A program made the position numbers and the translations under genes. DNA of 64,000 nucleotides from positions 443,241-507,240 of the forward strand of contig MU058045.1 of the NCBI GenBank assembly GCA_013265495.1, in the 5' to 3' direction. Source of the DNA: Vicugna vicugna (taxonomy: Eukaryota). Below the pieces are notes generated by a model. It made no database searches, was not told the origin of the DNA, and saw only the letters and a list, made by a program, of their open reading frames with translations. Shown here in pieces: positions 39,913 to 63,100 of this stretch. How positions within the stretch are numbered: the first letter of the stretch is position 1; every line of letters starts with the position of its first letter.

Positions 39913-42269
39913 CAACTTTTTTGTCTCAGTGGCATGACAAACATCCCCCCAGCGAGCAGCTCTTTTCTAATCGCCCTTAACATTTCACCTGCACCTTTAC
40001 TTCGATATAGGGCCTGCCTTCTTATGTACTTACAGTTTGCAAAATCCTTTCATGTGGGTTATCTTATCTGTCCCGATAACCAGATAACCACTCTTGCCTC
40101 TTGACAGATGAGTCTCAGAGAAGTTAAGTGACTGGCAAGTGGTACACACAGTTGAGTGAAGGTGCTTTTACGAAAAATGACTGTTCAAATGTCTAGGATT
40201 AAGACGCTTCATTACAGACTACTCTGCAGAGCTCTCTTTGAGGGAGGATGGACTATGATTGTGTATGGAGGAAGGCTAGAGGGGATAGCAGGGGGACCCC
40301 AAACATTTGCCTTGGGGTCAAGGACCAGGGGCCCCCCACCCCCAAGACTGATGATCAAAATAACTTTAAGACTTTTATGGAAGGGAGACTCGTGTAAACA
40401 GACAGGGCTCAGAAGTCAAGCACCCTGGGTTGGATGCTGTATTGTCATTTTTTGGTTTGTTTTTTGTATTGTCATTGAAATATGCTACATAACCTCACTT
40501 ATCTTGAAGCTCCCCTGCAGAACACTGGCTCTGGAGCAGATAGGCTAGGTCTGCATCCCAAGTTTACCAACTATAATAGCTGTGTAACTTTGGGAGGTTG
40601 CTTAACCTCTCTGTGCCTTAGTGTCCTTTGCTCTAAAATAGTGCCCTACTTATGGGAAATATCAAGAATTGAGAAGACTGTCTAGCACATACTAAGAGCT
40701 CAATAAATGCTTCTCTTTACATGATCATTTCAGTTTTGTTTATTCTGTAGTATTATTCCAGAGTGAGAACTTTGTGAGTGGGCGGGGCTTTTGTGGCCCT
40801 GCCAGGGGTTAGTGCTGGTTCGCCTCCCTCAGGCAACTCTGTTCAGTACACATGCCAGGAGGGAGACAGCTCCTCATTCCTTGGTTAGCAGCTAAATTCT
40901 CAATGTTTCTTTCTCTAGGAAACCTCTTCAGAGCAGGTACTTCCCATGGGTACGAACATCCAGGGATCATGATGCTAAACTGTCAGAAGCTGAACCAGAC
41001 CCTCCAAATGGTTGGGGAGGCAGAACATTTACACAGGCAGTCCTTGTGGGAAGGCAACAAATTCAGCTGGGACTCACAGGAGGGGCAGGTTTGACCACTA
41101 TCATAACAATGGCTATTGTTTATACAGACCCTAACCGTGCCCTCAGCTTTCGGCCGGCTTATCTCATTAATCCTCTCAAAAAGTCAGTATGGTAGGTACT
41201 ATCATCAGAGGAGAGAACTGAGGTTAAAGGAATTAAGTCACTTACCCAGGCTCAGGAAGCCCCCAAGGGGCAGGGCCAAAGATACGAACCTGGGCTGTCT
41301 GAAGCCACACCCAAGTTCTAAATAATTGTGCTTGACTGACTTCACCCAGAGTCTGGTGTTTAAAAAAAAATTTTTTTTTGGGGGGGTGCTGAAAACTATG
41401 TGATTGGGAAAGAAAAATTGATTCTGGGAAGAAATAAGGCAGCGTCTGGTAACACTGAAAACACATCTTACTACTCAGCAAAACCACTTCTAGGTGGACT
41501 CCTTAGAAAAAAGGTTGCATGGGCAGCAAGAGTTGCACGAAAACATTCATGTCATTGTTGCTCTTAAGGGAGGATGACAAGAAACCACCTTACTATTCCC
41601 TACAGTAGGGAATAGGTAAACAACACGTGGTGTAGTCACTCACAAGAGAAATTTACTACAGCAGTTTCAGGAAATGAATTTATCTGTGTATGTGTAAGCA
41701 GATATAGCTCAGAAACGTTGGGTGAAAATATAATTTGCAAGAAACAAAGCAAAACACAATGATAGAAGTGGGTTATGGAAATTAAAAATATAAAACGATT
41801 GCTTATTAATTTACACACACACACACAAAGTATGGCAGACAGGCAAGAAGAATAAAAATTCACAAAACCTATGGTAGTGATGGTCCAGGGACAGGAGGGG
41901 ATGTCTGCTTATGGCACTGGGGATCTAATCAAAGAGAGTTTTTAGCTTTATTAACAAAGAAAAACTTAAAACTATTTGGTGGGGATATATGTTATGTTAC
42001 TATTGTACCTGTTTGCATTTTCTTAAAATAAAAAAAAATCTAAGAAGGTAAAATAAAAATTATGGAACATTTTAACCATATAAAAAGGTAAAGAGAATAA
42101 CGTATCCCCAGATACCCACGACACAGCTTCCAGAATAATCAATATTCTGCCTTTATTATCTCATGCATAACTTGAGCCACTCCCCACGACCCCACCAATG
42201 TTTCTGAGGTAAAACACACACACGGTGAAATGCTATCATACCATTTTTGATGACAAAATGTGACAAATT

Positions 42270-43615
42270 TTGATGCAGCTCTGTAACCCACCCCTACCAA
42301 GACAAAGACATTTTCCTGTATTTTCTTCTCAAAAGTTTTATGTTTAGGTCTATTAACCACCTCAAGTTAACTATTGTGTATGATGTGAGGTGGGGGTAAA
42401 AGTTCATTTCTCAGCTCCAGATGTTTCAGGGCCACTTGTTAAAAAGCTTCCCTCTCCCTGCTGATTCACTTTGGTGCCTTCGGAGACAATCATTTGTCAA
42501 CAAACTATATTCATTGGTTGTTGTTCTACCATAGTTTTATAGAATCTCAAGTATTTTAAGATCTCCAACTTTCTACTACTCTCTTCATTTTGGAATCAAT
42601 TTGTCAGTTCCCACAAACAAGGCTGGTAGGATTTTTGACTGGGATTGAATTAAATAATTCTGATGAAGACTGACACCTCTTGAGTTTCTGATCTACAAGT
42701 ATGGTATCTCTCCATTATTTAAATCTTCCTTAAATTCTCTCAGCAATATTCTGTAGTTTTCAATACAGAGCTCTTGTCCAACTTTGGTTAAATTTATCCC
42801 TGAGTATGCCATATTATTGGATGCTATTGTAACAGCAATGTTTTTAAAATTCATTTTTTGACTTCAGATTCAAAGTCGCTATTATATAAAAATACAATTT
42901 ATGTATATAGCCTTTGAAACTTGCTATAATCACTTATTAGTTATAATAGTGTTAAATGAATTTTCTATTAGGACTTTTTATGTACACAAAAAGCAGCTTT
43001 ATTTCTTCTTTTCCAGCTGTTACATTGATTTCTTTTTCTTGCCTCCAGTTTACAGTGCTGAAGCGGTGAGAGTTGAATCCTTTTCTAGTTCTTGATCTTA
43101 GAGGAAAAGCAATCAACCTGTCACTACTGTGTATGTTCATGGTAACTTGATTGCCGGTGCCCTTTATTAAAATGAGTAAGTCTCCTTTTCCTAGTTTGCT
43201 AGGTTGGTTTCTCTTTTCTTTCCTTTTAAAATCATGAATAGGTGTTGCATATTGTCAACTGCTTTTTATGCATTGATTGAAACTGATCATATAATTTTTA
43301 CCCTTTCATCTGTCAGTGTGGCAAATTACATTTATTTTTCAATGTGAAAATGTTGCAGTCTAGGGACAAATTCCACTTGAGCAAGATATATTTATCATTT
43401 TTATATTCTACTAGGCTTGATTTGCTAAAATTTGTCATATTTTTGTATATATATGCTAAAAGGAATACCGGTCCAGATTTTCTTCTCTTGTAATATGCCC
43501 TTGTTTGGTTTTGGTAAAAGGATTATTTTGGCCTCATAAAATGAGTTGGGCAGTGTGACTTCCCCTATATCTTGAAAGAGTTTATGTGAGATTCCTATCA
43601 TTTCTTTCTCAGATG
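42270..43615 (-). mobile_element. L1 ORF2 fragment
   Basis: ORF 43425-43724(-) contains LPNSFYEAKIILLPKPNK, an L1 ORF2 motif upstream of the RT domain. Confidence 0.8.
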
Positions 43616-43619
43616 TTTG

Positions 43620-44810
43620 AAGAGGAGAACAAAGGAGACAGACAGCAAATAGCACTAAGACAGCAGATTTAAACCTAAACCTAACAATAACTCCATGAAA
43701 TATTAATGAACCAATCAAAAGCAACTCAGTAAGGGAAAGCTATTTCAACAAGTGGAGCTAGAACAACTGGATATCTATAAGAGAAAAATTATCTTGATGT
43801 CAGATCATAAAAAAACCTTTTAATCAATCAATCAATCAATCAAGGCTCATAGACCTAAGCGTAAAACCTAAAACTACAAAGGTTCTAGATGAAAATATAC
43901 GAGAAAGTACTAGAGAATATCCTTGGGACTTTGGGATATGATTTCCTAAAGAGGTCACAGCAAATACTTAAAAGAAAAAAGATGAATCTTCTGCTCCTCT
44001 TAAGAGCTGTTAAATAGGCAAGCAAGAAGTCAGGAGAAAACTCATGTATCTGACAAAAGAGACTCCTATTCAGAATATACAAATAACTCCAAAACTCAAT
44101 AATACAGAAAGCAAATAAACCAATTTTAAAAATGGGGAAAAGACTTGAATAGCCATTTCACATATGGCACAGACAAGGCCAACAAGCACATGCAAACTGT
44201 TTAAGGTAGTTAACAAAGAAACTGCAAATTAAAACCACAATGAGATACCACATGAGTAAAATCGACAAACCAAATAATGAGACAGGATGTATCTTGCTGG
44301 GAGAACTGTAAAATGGTACAACCGCTTTGAAAAATTAGAACTTTTTAATAGAGTTAAAAAATACATAGATCTACTTCTCACTCTGACCTAGCAATTTCAT
44401 TCCTAAGAATTTATCCAAGAAACATATGACCACAAAAATAATTTTACAAGAAAGTTAATAACAGTTTTATTTAAAATAATCCCAAACGGTAAACAACTCA
44501 AACCTCGATCAAAAAGAGAATGGCTAAACAATCGATGGTTTATTCATCCAATGAGATATATTAACTGAAAGGAGCAAAGTGCGGATAAGACGCTGATACA
44601 TGCAATAAAACGGGTGAAATTTCAGATATGCTGATGGAAAGAAGCCCGACACAAAGGAGCACATACTGTATAATTCCATTTATGTCAAGTTCTCCAACAG
44701 ACAAACCTAACCCTTGGAGACAGAAATCTAAATTAGGTGGGGGTCGGGTCAGATACAGACTGGGAGGCAGCATGAGAAATTTGTATTTTGATAGTCAGTG
44801 GTTGTAAACG
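43620..44810 (+). mobile_element. L1 ORF2 3' part and 3'UTR fragment
   Basis: TTCAACAAGTGGAGCTAGAACAACTGG; TGCAAATTAAAACCACAATGAGATACCA; GACCTAGCAATTTCATTCCTAAG. Confidence 0.8.
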
Positions 44811-46203
44811 CTACCGCAGTGTAGAAAGACGCTCGTAAGTATCGCGAATAGTGTCCGGTTCGGAGCAGGTGCGTGGTACATGACCGCGCCCTAAACGATG
44901 AAGATGCGGGAGAAACCGATTGGGGTTAGACATCGCGCGGGGCCAGCCGCCCCCAGCAGGCAAGAACTAGCTGGGACCGGAGGCCTGCACTCAAGACCTC
45001 GGGCCACGCCCCCCTCCAAGGCCCGCCCCTTCCGCTTTCACGACGTTCACTCTGCGTCCGAAATGGGGATGGCTCAACCCAAAGCCGGATACAGAAGAAA
45101 TTGCTTCTCCGCCACGACAAATGGCCCATCGTTATACTCTTTTATCGTTTAATTCTCAGATGTACTCATTCTTGAGTACCCAGGGTTTGCCCTCTGACAC
45201 CTAAAAAAAACCCATAAAAACCGTCCCACGCAATGGTAGTGTCCACTAGGACAGCCCTCCACCGGGATGGAGCACACCATTCAAATGGGGGGGAAGGATT
45301 GCGGTTTGAATCAAAACAAACCCCTCTTCCTTTCCGAAAGAGGTAACTAAGTACTTCAGGAAGGAAAAAAAAGAAAAGAGGTTAGTAGCCCCCCTCCTCA
45401 AGCAATAGGAACCCGTCTGGAAGACTTTTCCTCTAGTTCCCTTACATCGGATGACTAGTGGGCTGCTCCGAAAAAACGAAACCGGAAATGCTCTTGCAAG
45501 CGGCATAAATGTAAAAGTAGAGGCAAACAATAACAAAGCTCCCTGGCCTTTTCAGGCCGGTTTAGTCCTTCTGGGCTTCGCGGGCAAACCTGTTGTTTAG
45601 CACGTCCAATTTCCACAACATATAGTGTTTAATTGGCTTTTCTCCATCTAGCGGAGCCTGGGGCCAGTTGGAAAGATCACTCCAGGAAGGACAAAGGTCC
45701 GGAAGTAATGGGACCTTAGCAGCCTGGACTTCCCGGATCACCTCGAATAACCACTTCGGAATGGAACCCGAGGTCCCACTGGGATTCCATAGGCTTTGAA
45801 ATCTTGAGCCATGAAACCCGAAAGTTACGAGATCTGAAAATCTCAGACCCTGATGCTCTGTGCGTCTTATTTCGGGGTCCCCTACACCAGCCCTGGGATG
45901 GGGGTGATGGTGGCGGTTGGGGGAAGAACCCCCTAGGCCGGCTCAAGATTCCCCAAAGCCCTTCTCCCTGGTCCAGATGTTCAGCTTTGAGTTCGGCTGG
46001 TCCTAACACCCCCATCATCTGCACGCAGGCCTCCTAACATTGCATTCCTTGGCTGGTGTGGCTAGCGAAGCTTCCATTCCCTCCAAAATCGCTAAGACCC
46101 CAATGCCCCACCCCCAGCCCCCTCTATTTCACCGAGCTGAAAATTCACGGAGCGGAAATCTCGTGACTCAGAGAGGACTCATCAGGCTCAGTCAAGAGCT
46201 TAC

Positions 46204-46320
46204 CCGAAGCTCAGGGGAGCGTGTCACCGTCCTGGGATGCACGCTCCGAGACCGGACGCCAGGTGACCCCGGAGCCCAGAGGCTACCTGCGAACACGATG
46301 GTGGCTCTGGACTTTTGAGG
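46204..46320 (-). other. TP53: TP53 non-coding exon 1 (5' boundary approximate)
   Basis: The minus strand reads CTCAAAAGTCCAGAGCCACC...GCAGGTAGCCTCTGGGCTCCGGGG...GACGGTGACACGCT and ends at donor CGG|GTAAGC. The exon 2 acceptor is at 38752/38753. Confidence 0.85.
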
Positions 46321-46339
46321 AGCTCAAAACTTTTAGCGC

Positions 46340-46440
46340 CAGTCCGGAGCACATGGGAGGGGGAAATCCCAATCCCAGCAACCCTCGCGAGGCTCCTGGC
46401 ACAAAGCTGGACAGTCGCCATGACAAGTAAGGGCAAGTAA
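46340..46440 (-). promoter_or_regulatory. TP53 P1 promoter: E-box, NF-kB site, YY1/NF1 region and degenerate p53 half-sites
   Basis: CACATG 46350-46355, GGGAAATCCC 46361-46370, GCCAT about 46417, TGACAAGTAA-GGGCAAGTAA 46421-46440. TATA-less. Confidence 0.75.
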
Positions 46441-47019
46441 TTACCCTGAGGGCGGAGGCGATGGGAACGGAGAGTAAAAGAGGAGGATGTGGAGAGAGTC
46501 AGGACTCTCGCCTTATTGTTACGGTAGCTACAGACCGGAATGGGTAAGTTCGACAAACCAGAGCCAGGAGGGCAGAATTGGTGGAAACCATCTTGGAAGA
46601 CTTCTGCCAATGTGTCAAATAGAAGATAAAAGGAAGAAAGCCTTTGCACTTGATATTCCCTCTGCCTGGAACACTCCTAGATAGCTAGGCAGTTTTTACT
46701 AATCAGCTAAAATGTCATCTTTTAGGAAGGTCTTCCTTAATGTCCCAGTCTAACTTATACTCCTAGATACGCTATATCACACTATCTTATTTAATTTCCT
46801 TCACAGCCCTTACCGTTTTCTGAAATGATTTGTTCTTTGCCTTAAGTACACAGGGATCTTATATACTATCTTATTCGTTGTCGTGTTTCCCAGTGCCTAG
46901 TACAGTACTGGGTAGCAAGTAAGAGCTCAATAATAAGTACTTACTGAATGAATGAAAAGAGATGAAGGTCTGAGGAATTTAGCGAATGAGATCCAAAAGA
47001 GTCAAAACCTGTAAAATGA

Positions 47020-47190
47020 AATATGGCGCTAGCGCCCTCTGCAGGTTGGGGATGGGAGTAGGTGCTTTCAGAATGACCGCGCAAGACGGCAGGGGGAGCA
47101 CAGGCACTTCTCGCCCAAACAGAAGCTTTCGGACTACGACTCCCAGCAGCCATTAGGAGCCCCGGGGCTTGATGGGAACTACACCCCATG
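47020..47190. promoter_or_regulatory. TP53/WRAP53 bidirectional region: YY1, CTCF and ZNF143-type motifs
   Basis: AATATGGCG 47020-47028; CCTGCAGAGGGCGC on the minus strand (47032-47045); GGACTACGACTCCCAGCAGC 47131-47150 and a second ACTAC element at about 47177. Confidence 0.65.
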
Positions 47191-47552
47191 ATCTGGTACG
47201 CCCCTGCCCCGCCCCTCCGTGGGTGGCCCGCGAAATCTGATCCGGGATACCGAGGTCCAATCGAAAGATGGGCTCAAATCCCGCGAGAGCAGGTGGTGCG
47301 TAGCGACCCACAGGGCTGAGGAACGTTGTGCTTTCCGTTAATTGCTGCAGGCTTGTTAGCCTAGTCTTCCGGGGGAGGGGATATCTTCTGGCCCCCTCCC
47401 GGGAAAAGAAGGAAGGCACAGGTGGGTTTCTCCAGTTATGCGTCCCGATCCTTGCGAACTTTGAAGCAGTCTCGGCCGCGTCGGGCAGCTGGTAGCCGGC
47501 AGGAAGAGAGTTGCCTGGCCGCGGCCAATGTCTGCCGCGCTTTCTCTGCAGT

Positions 47553-57856
<10,304 letters not shown>

Positions 57857-58084
57857 AAAGCTTTGATATGATCCTAACGTCTTTGTGCCTGCTTGGGGAG
57901 GCAAATGATGGACATGGGGCTGGGATGGGTACTGGTGGGCTCCCTGGTCCAGCTGCAGTGGGGACTGGCATATTATTCCTGAAACCAGGGTGGAGAGGTG
58001 GGACAAGGCAGGAGCCAATGGGGCCGCTGATCTTGGTGTGAAGTCAAGTGATTGGGGGTGGGGTTTCATGCCATTGACTGGGTG

Positions 58085-58097
58085 GTTGCTAGGCAAC
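58085..58097. promoter_or_regulatory. RFX X-box
   Basis: GTTGCTAGGCAAC. Confidence 0.65.
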
Positions 58098-59199
58098 CTG
58101 GTAAACTGAAGGGGGGAACCTGTTTGGAATCTGACTCCTAAGGTGGGGGCGGCAGGGGTCAGGGTGAGTGTGGCTAAACAGGAGTGGCAGGAGCTGTGTG
58201 TCAGACTGTTGGGTGTGACTGTGTGAGACTGTGCAGACAGTGACAGACAAGACACCCGCTCACTCCTGCTCAACACTGTTTACCATCATCCAGCAGCAGA
58301 GGGACCATTACTCAGCTCTGGGGGAAGGGGAGCCAGAGGACCGCCTCCCCTCCCCTGGACTCCCCCAGTAGGCAGGTGACTGAGTAGCCTGAGTCAAGGG
58401 CACACATGAAAGAGTAAAGGTGCCGAAAAACACAGACGTCACATTCTGTATTCCCGTTAGATGCAGGACAAGGGCGAGAGTCTTTCATTCAGCAGCTGTC
58501 ACTGGTCTCCTGTTTTCTCCATTTATCCGCTCTGTCTTTGGGGGGTGGGGGTATGTTATTTCTAGAAGTTGCTCCTCCCTCCCTCCACCCCCCACGCCTT
58601 GCCAAACACAGAAGGGGGTCTCTGAAGAGATAGTCAGTAGGGGATTTGATTCTGGACCTCACAATCAAAGGGAAGGGACAGGAGGCCTGTGACGACTTGA
58701 GAGGGGAGAGGAATGTCACCTCTGCCCAGAGGTGCTGAAAGCCAGAGTTCTTACACCCAAAAAGGCAAATCCTCCCTTCCCCCAGGATAATTGGAAACAG
58801 CCCTTCCGGCTGAATGCGGGTTTGGGGTTGTAGGTACTCCCTTTCCTCTCCCAGCCCAGTTTCTCCCCAAAACCCTCCAAGAAGGGCCCAACTTTACCCT
58901 CTGATCGCTTGCCTTTCACCAACCCCAGACAGCAGTAAAGGGTCCAGGAGGCTGTGACCAAACGGACCCCAGGAGTGGGAGTTCAGGATCCTGGGTATGG
59001 TTTCCAGCGTTATTCCAGATTCTCAGTGTGACCTTGGGCAAGTCACGGGGCCTCCCTGAGCCTCAGTTTCTTCGTCACTGAAATGGGGATCCTTGAGCTC
59101 TGCCCCTCCCACTTCACATAGGTAGTCGAGACAATCAACTCAGCCCACTCCGTAAAGTGCAGAGCCCTCAAGGTTATTATTCTCTCCAGACCTCTCGGG

Positions 59200-60120
59200 A
59201 GCAGCGGTGTTTTGGGATGGGGGAGGAGGAGGCTGCGGGAGCGAAAGGGGCTGGGTTCCTCGGGGTGGAGAGGGCGAGAGCCTGTCTGGATTTGAGAGGG
59301 AGGAAGATTCCAACCGCTCCGGCGATCTGAGGGCAGGAGGGGAGACGGGCAGAAACTAAGCCAGAGACGGAGAGTCTCAGAGACAAAGGGGGCGTGAGAG
59401 ACTGCGCCGGGGAGCGAGGCGGGGCGGCAGGGTGAGGCGGCTCGTTGGGCAGGAGGTGCGCGAGGTGAGGGAGGTGTGGGGGGCGTGGGCTGCGGGATCC
59501 TGCCGCCCGCTCCGATCGGGCTCCAGCTCCGGTTTTTCCCTCCGCCATCCTCTCCCCCTCCCCGCCTCTCCTTTAACTCCCCCCTCCTGGGCTCGGGACT
59601 GGTTTCCTCCCTTAGCCCGCTGCCCTCAATCCCGGCTCGGCTGGGGCTCCGGCTCGGCGTCCCCTTCCCGGCTCCCTCGTCCGGCGCCCCATGCCGCCCC
59701 CGCCCGGCCCCCGGCTCCCCCAGTCCCCCACTTAGGCCCGCTCACAGATCCCGGGGTGCTGGCGCGTGGGCCGGGGGCGTAGGGCGCCTGCAGACGGCCC
59801 CTGGAAGGGCTCCTGCGGGCTGAGCGCTCCGGAGCGGGGGCGCGGGCGGAGCAGGAAGCGGGTCCGCGTGGGAGCGCGGGGGGCATCAGCCACCCGGGTG
59901 GTCGGGGCAGAATAGCCAGGGCAGCCAAGCAGTCACCCCAGAGGGTGAGCGACTTTGGGGGAGTTGGTGCCCCGCCCCCCAGGCCTTGGCGGGGTCATGG
60001 GGGCCCCCCATTCTGGGCTGGGGGGCGTGCGAGTCGGGGCCCTGCTGATGCTCGGTTTTTGGGGGCTGGTGTCTGGGCTCAGCCTGGAACCTGTCTACTG
60101 GAATTCGGCAAATAAGAGGT
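59200..60120 (+). promoter_or_regulatory. EFNB3 CpG-island promoter and 5'UTR
   Basis: CpG/GC-rich region with GC boxes immediately upstream of the EFNB3 ATG. Confidence 0.75.
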
Positions 60121-63100
60121 GAGCGGCTGGGGTTGGGGAGACCCCACACCCTCTGGGCAGGGACTATGGAAGCTTTGGGGACTTTGGGGGCTGGGTTCTC
60201 CGAGCTGGGAGGAGGCTGGAGGGAGGGTGCTGGTGCTCTGATGTGAGCTGATGGGTAACCAGACAGAGGTGATCCTGGGAGCCAGACTCACGGGTGGCAC
60301 CCAGAGCTGAATGTGGGTGGTGATAGCCATGTGTCAAGAGTTTGAAAGACCCCCAAGGGGCAAGGATCTGAAAAGTTCATGGGTAGCCAGGAGGGCAGTG
60401 GAGTGGTTATTTGGGTTTGTGGGAGACTTGTGCGGTGTGGGGGGCTGGGCTTAGAGGGAGCCTGGTTAATGTCAGCTCTCAGGAGAGCAGCTGAGTAGGT
60501 GCTGCTGAGGCGCTGAGAGGAAGGGCAGGGTGCCTCCCTTCCCAGAAGGGACTCAGTGGTGGAGATGGGAGGGAAGGGGGCTCAGTTTGGGGGCTCTGGG
60601 GACAACTCCTCCAAGGCTTTCTGACTCTTCTTCACAGTCTGTCTCCCAACTCTTGCCCACAGCCAGAGGGTCCGTGATCCCTTGGCGGAACAATTTCCCG
60701 ACCAGATTTTCCTGCCTTCCTGGCTTGGGGACTTATTTCTAGAAGAAGCCTGGAACCCCCTATAGCCCCCTCTTTCCCTGTTGCATCTGGAATCCTGAGG
60801 ACTCCTTCGCTCCCTCCCGCATCTTTGCCGCAAACTCTTCCACCAAACCCTCTGTTTCATGGCATGCTTGCTTTGCTCTGAAAAAAGGCCAGGGGTCAGA
60901 TGAAACTTCAAGCCACAGAGAGTAGGACAGAACCCTTGGGAGGTCATCTGGGTCCCTTGCCTCCCTGCAGACCCCACTCCCTATTAGCAAAAAGTTCTAT
61001 GTTTTGAAAACTTCCTCCTTCCCTGGGGAGGCTGTGTGAGCCATGGGGAGAGGGCCAGCTTTGCAACTCATCAAAGTCTAGGTCTTAATCCTAGCCCTGC
61101 TGCTTTCTGCTGTGTGGCCTTGGGCAAGTCACTTAACCTTTCTGAGTTTGTATCCTCAATCCTTACAGCTTTTATGAAGATTAGAGGTGAGGTGTCTGAA
61201 TTTACTATACGCTCGTTAAAGGAGAACTAGGAATATTCTTCTTTCTCTCTTTACTTCACAACTTCCCTCCTATTTCCCTTCCCTGGCCTCCCACCCATAT
61301 CTCTTTGGATCTAATCTCAAATGTCTTTTCCCCTCTCAGTCTCCTGCCCACCAACTCCCAGAAGCAGTTGGAGTATCAGGTGCAGTGTGAGGATGTAAGT
61401 TAGGCTGATTCCGATAGAGTTGAGAAAAGGGAGTTAGGGTGTTCTGGGAGCTCTTTGGGGTGTTGTGTGGGATGGAGTGGGTTATTTGGGAGTCTGGGAA
61501 GGTAGCAAGCAGCAATCCCCTGTGACCAAGTTCTGAGACCCTGTCGACCATTAATGCACAGGGAGGGGCTGTAGTTGCTGGCACGTAGTGGCTGTACTGG
61601 CCCAGGGGCTGCCTGGGCTATGGGAGATGTGGGCTTGTGTTGGCTATGGGTAGAAAAGTCAACTCCTTCCATTCCAAAGCAATAGGACACTTTTCCTAGG
61701 AAGTGTGACACCAGGGGCTGGGGGAAGAAGGGGTACTGAGCAGGGAAATATCTGGGGCAGCTTTCCCACAGATCCTGGTTCCCATTAGCCCCATTTAGGG
61801 CCATTGTCAGACCAGACATTTGCCTCCTGTCACATTGCCTGGCTAACTTGGGACACTGGTCTGGATTACCCTCCATATCCCCTCCCCCATCCTGCCCTCT
61901 TTGCCCTGAAATCCCTGAAATTCAGTGGTGGCCTGGGGGAGGGGAGGCTCTGCCCCATGGTTGACTGCTGTGGAATAGTGAAATCACCTGGGAGGGGTGG
62001 GCTCTGTGGTTCCAGAGAGGCCAGCTCCTTGGTAACTGGCATCCTGTTGCCATGGCAACAGGGCTGGTGATGGAGCGAGAGATGGCAGTGTGCATGTGGT
62101 GAGGGCGGGCTGAAGAGTGCATTTGGGCACACCAAGGGGCAGGAGACCTCTGAGCCTGGCTTCCTGCTGCTTCCGACGTGAGCTTCCAGAGTCTTTAGTC
62201 CCTGTTCTGTCAGAATAGACACTCTGCTCAGACAAAGGCTGTCCTGCCAGGAAGTGGGGTGAGGGAGGCAAAGCTCTGGGATCCAGACCTCTGACACCTC
62301 TTCTCCTTGTCCACCTCGCCCTCCTCCCCATAGGTTCCAGGCAGAGGGTGGTTACGTGCTCTACCCTCAGATTGGGGACCGGCTAGACCTGCTCTGCCCC
62401 CGGGCCCGGCCTCCTGGCCCCCACTCCTCTCCTAATTATGAGTTCTACAAGCTGTATCTGGTAGGGGGTGCCCAGGGCCGGCGCTGTGAGGCACCCCCTG
62501 CCCCCAACCTCCTTCTCACTTGTGATCGGCCAGATCTGGATCTCCGCTTCACCATCAAGTTCCAGGAGTATAGCCCTAACCTCTGGGGCCACGAGTTCCG
62601 CTCACACCATGATTACTACATAATTGGTACTACTGGGCACAGGGCAGGGTCAAGTGGGGAGGTGCTCCTGGGATCAAGGGCAGATGAGGGAGGGGACTAC
62701 TGGAACCAAGAGAGACCCCTTATACCCTGGGGTAGTTTGGGGCCAGGGCATGGAGACAGAATAGGGACTGGACTCTGGAGCGCCAACTTCTCACTCTGGT
62801 TCTTCTCTCCCAGCCACATCGGATGGGACCCGAGAAGGCCTGGAGAGCTTGCAGGGAGGTGTGTGCCTCACCAGAGGCATGAAGGTGCTTCTCCGAGTGG
62901 GACAAAGTGAGTATGGCTGGGATACCTCCTAAGAGCCGAGGTGGGTTGGGGCAGTACCATTATGGTCAGGAGACTGCTGTCTCAGCCCCTCTCTCCTGGG
63001 TCTTCCCCATCTCCAGGTCCCCGAGGAGGGGCTGCCCCCCGAAAGCCTGTGTCTGAAATGCCCATGGAAAGAGACCGAGGGGCAGCCCACAGCCTGGAGC

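Noticed and set aside
42270..44810. Back-to-back opposite-strand L1 pieces suggesting a twin-primed 5' inversion
   Set aside because: Both pieces cover the same late-ORF2 segment with different sequence, so they are two separate old insertions.
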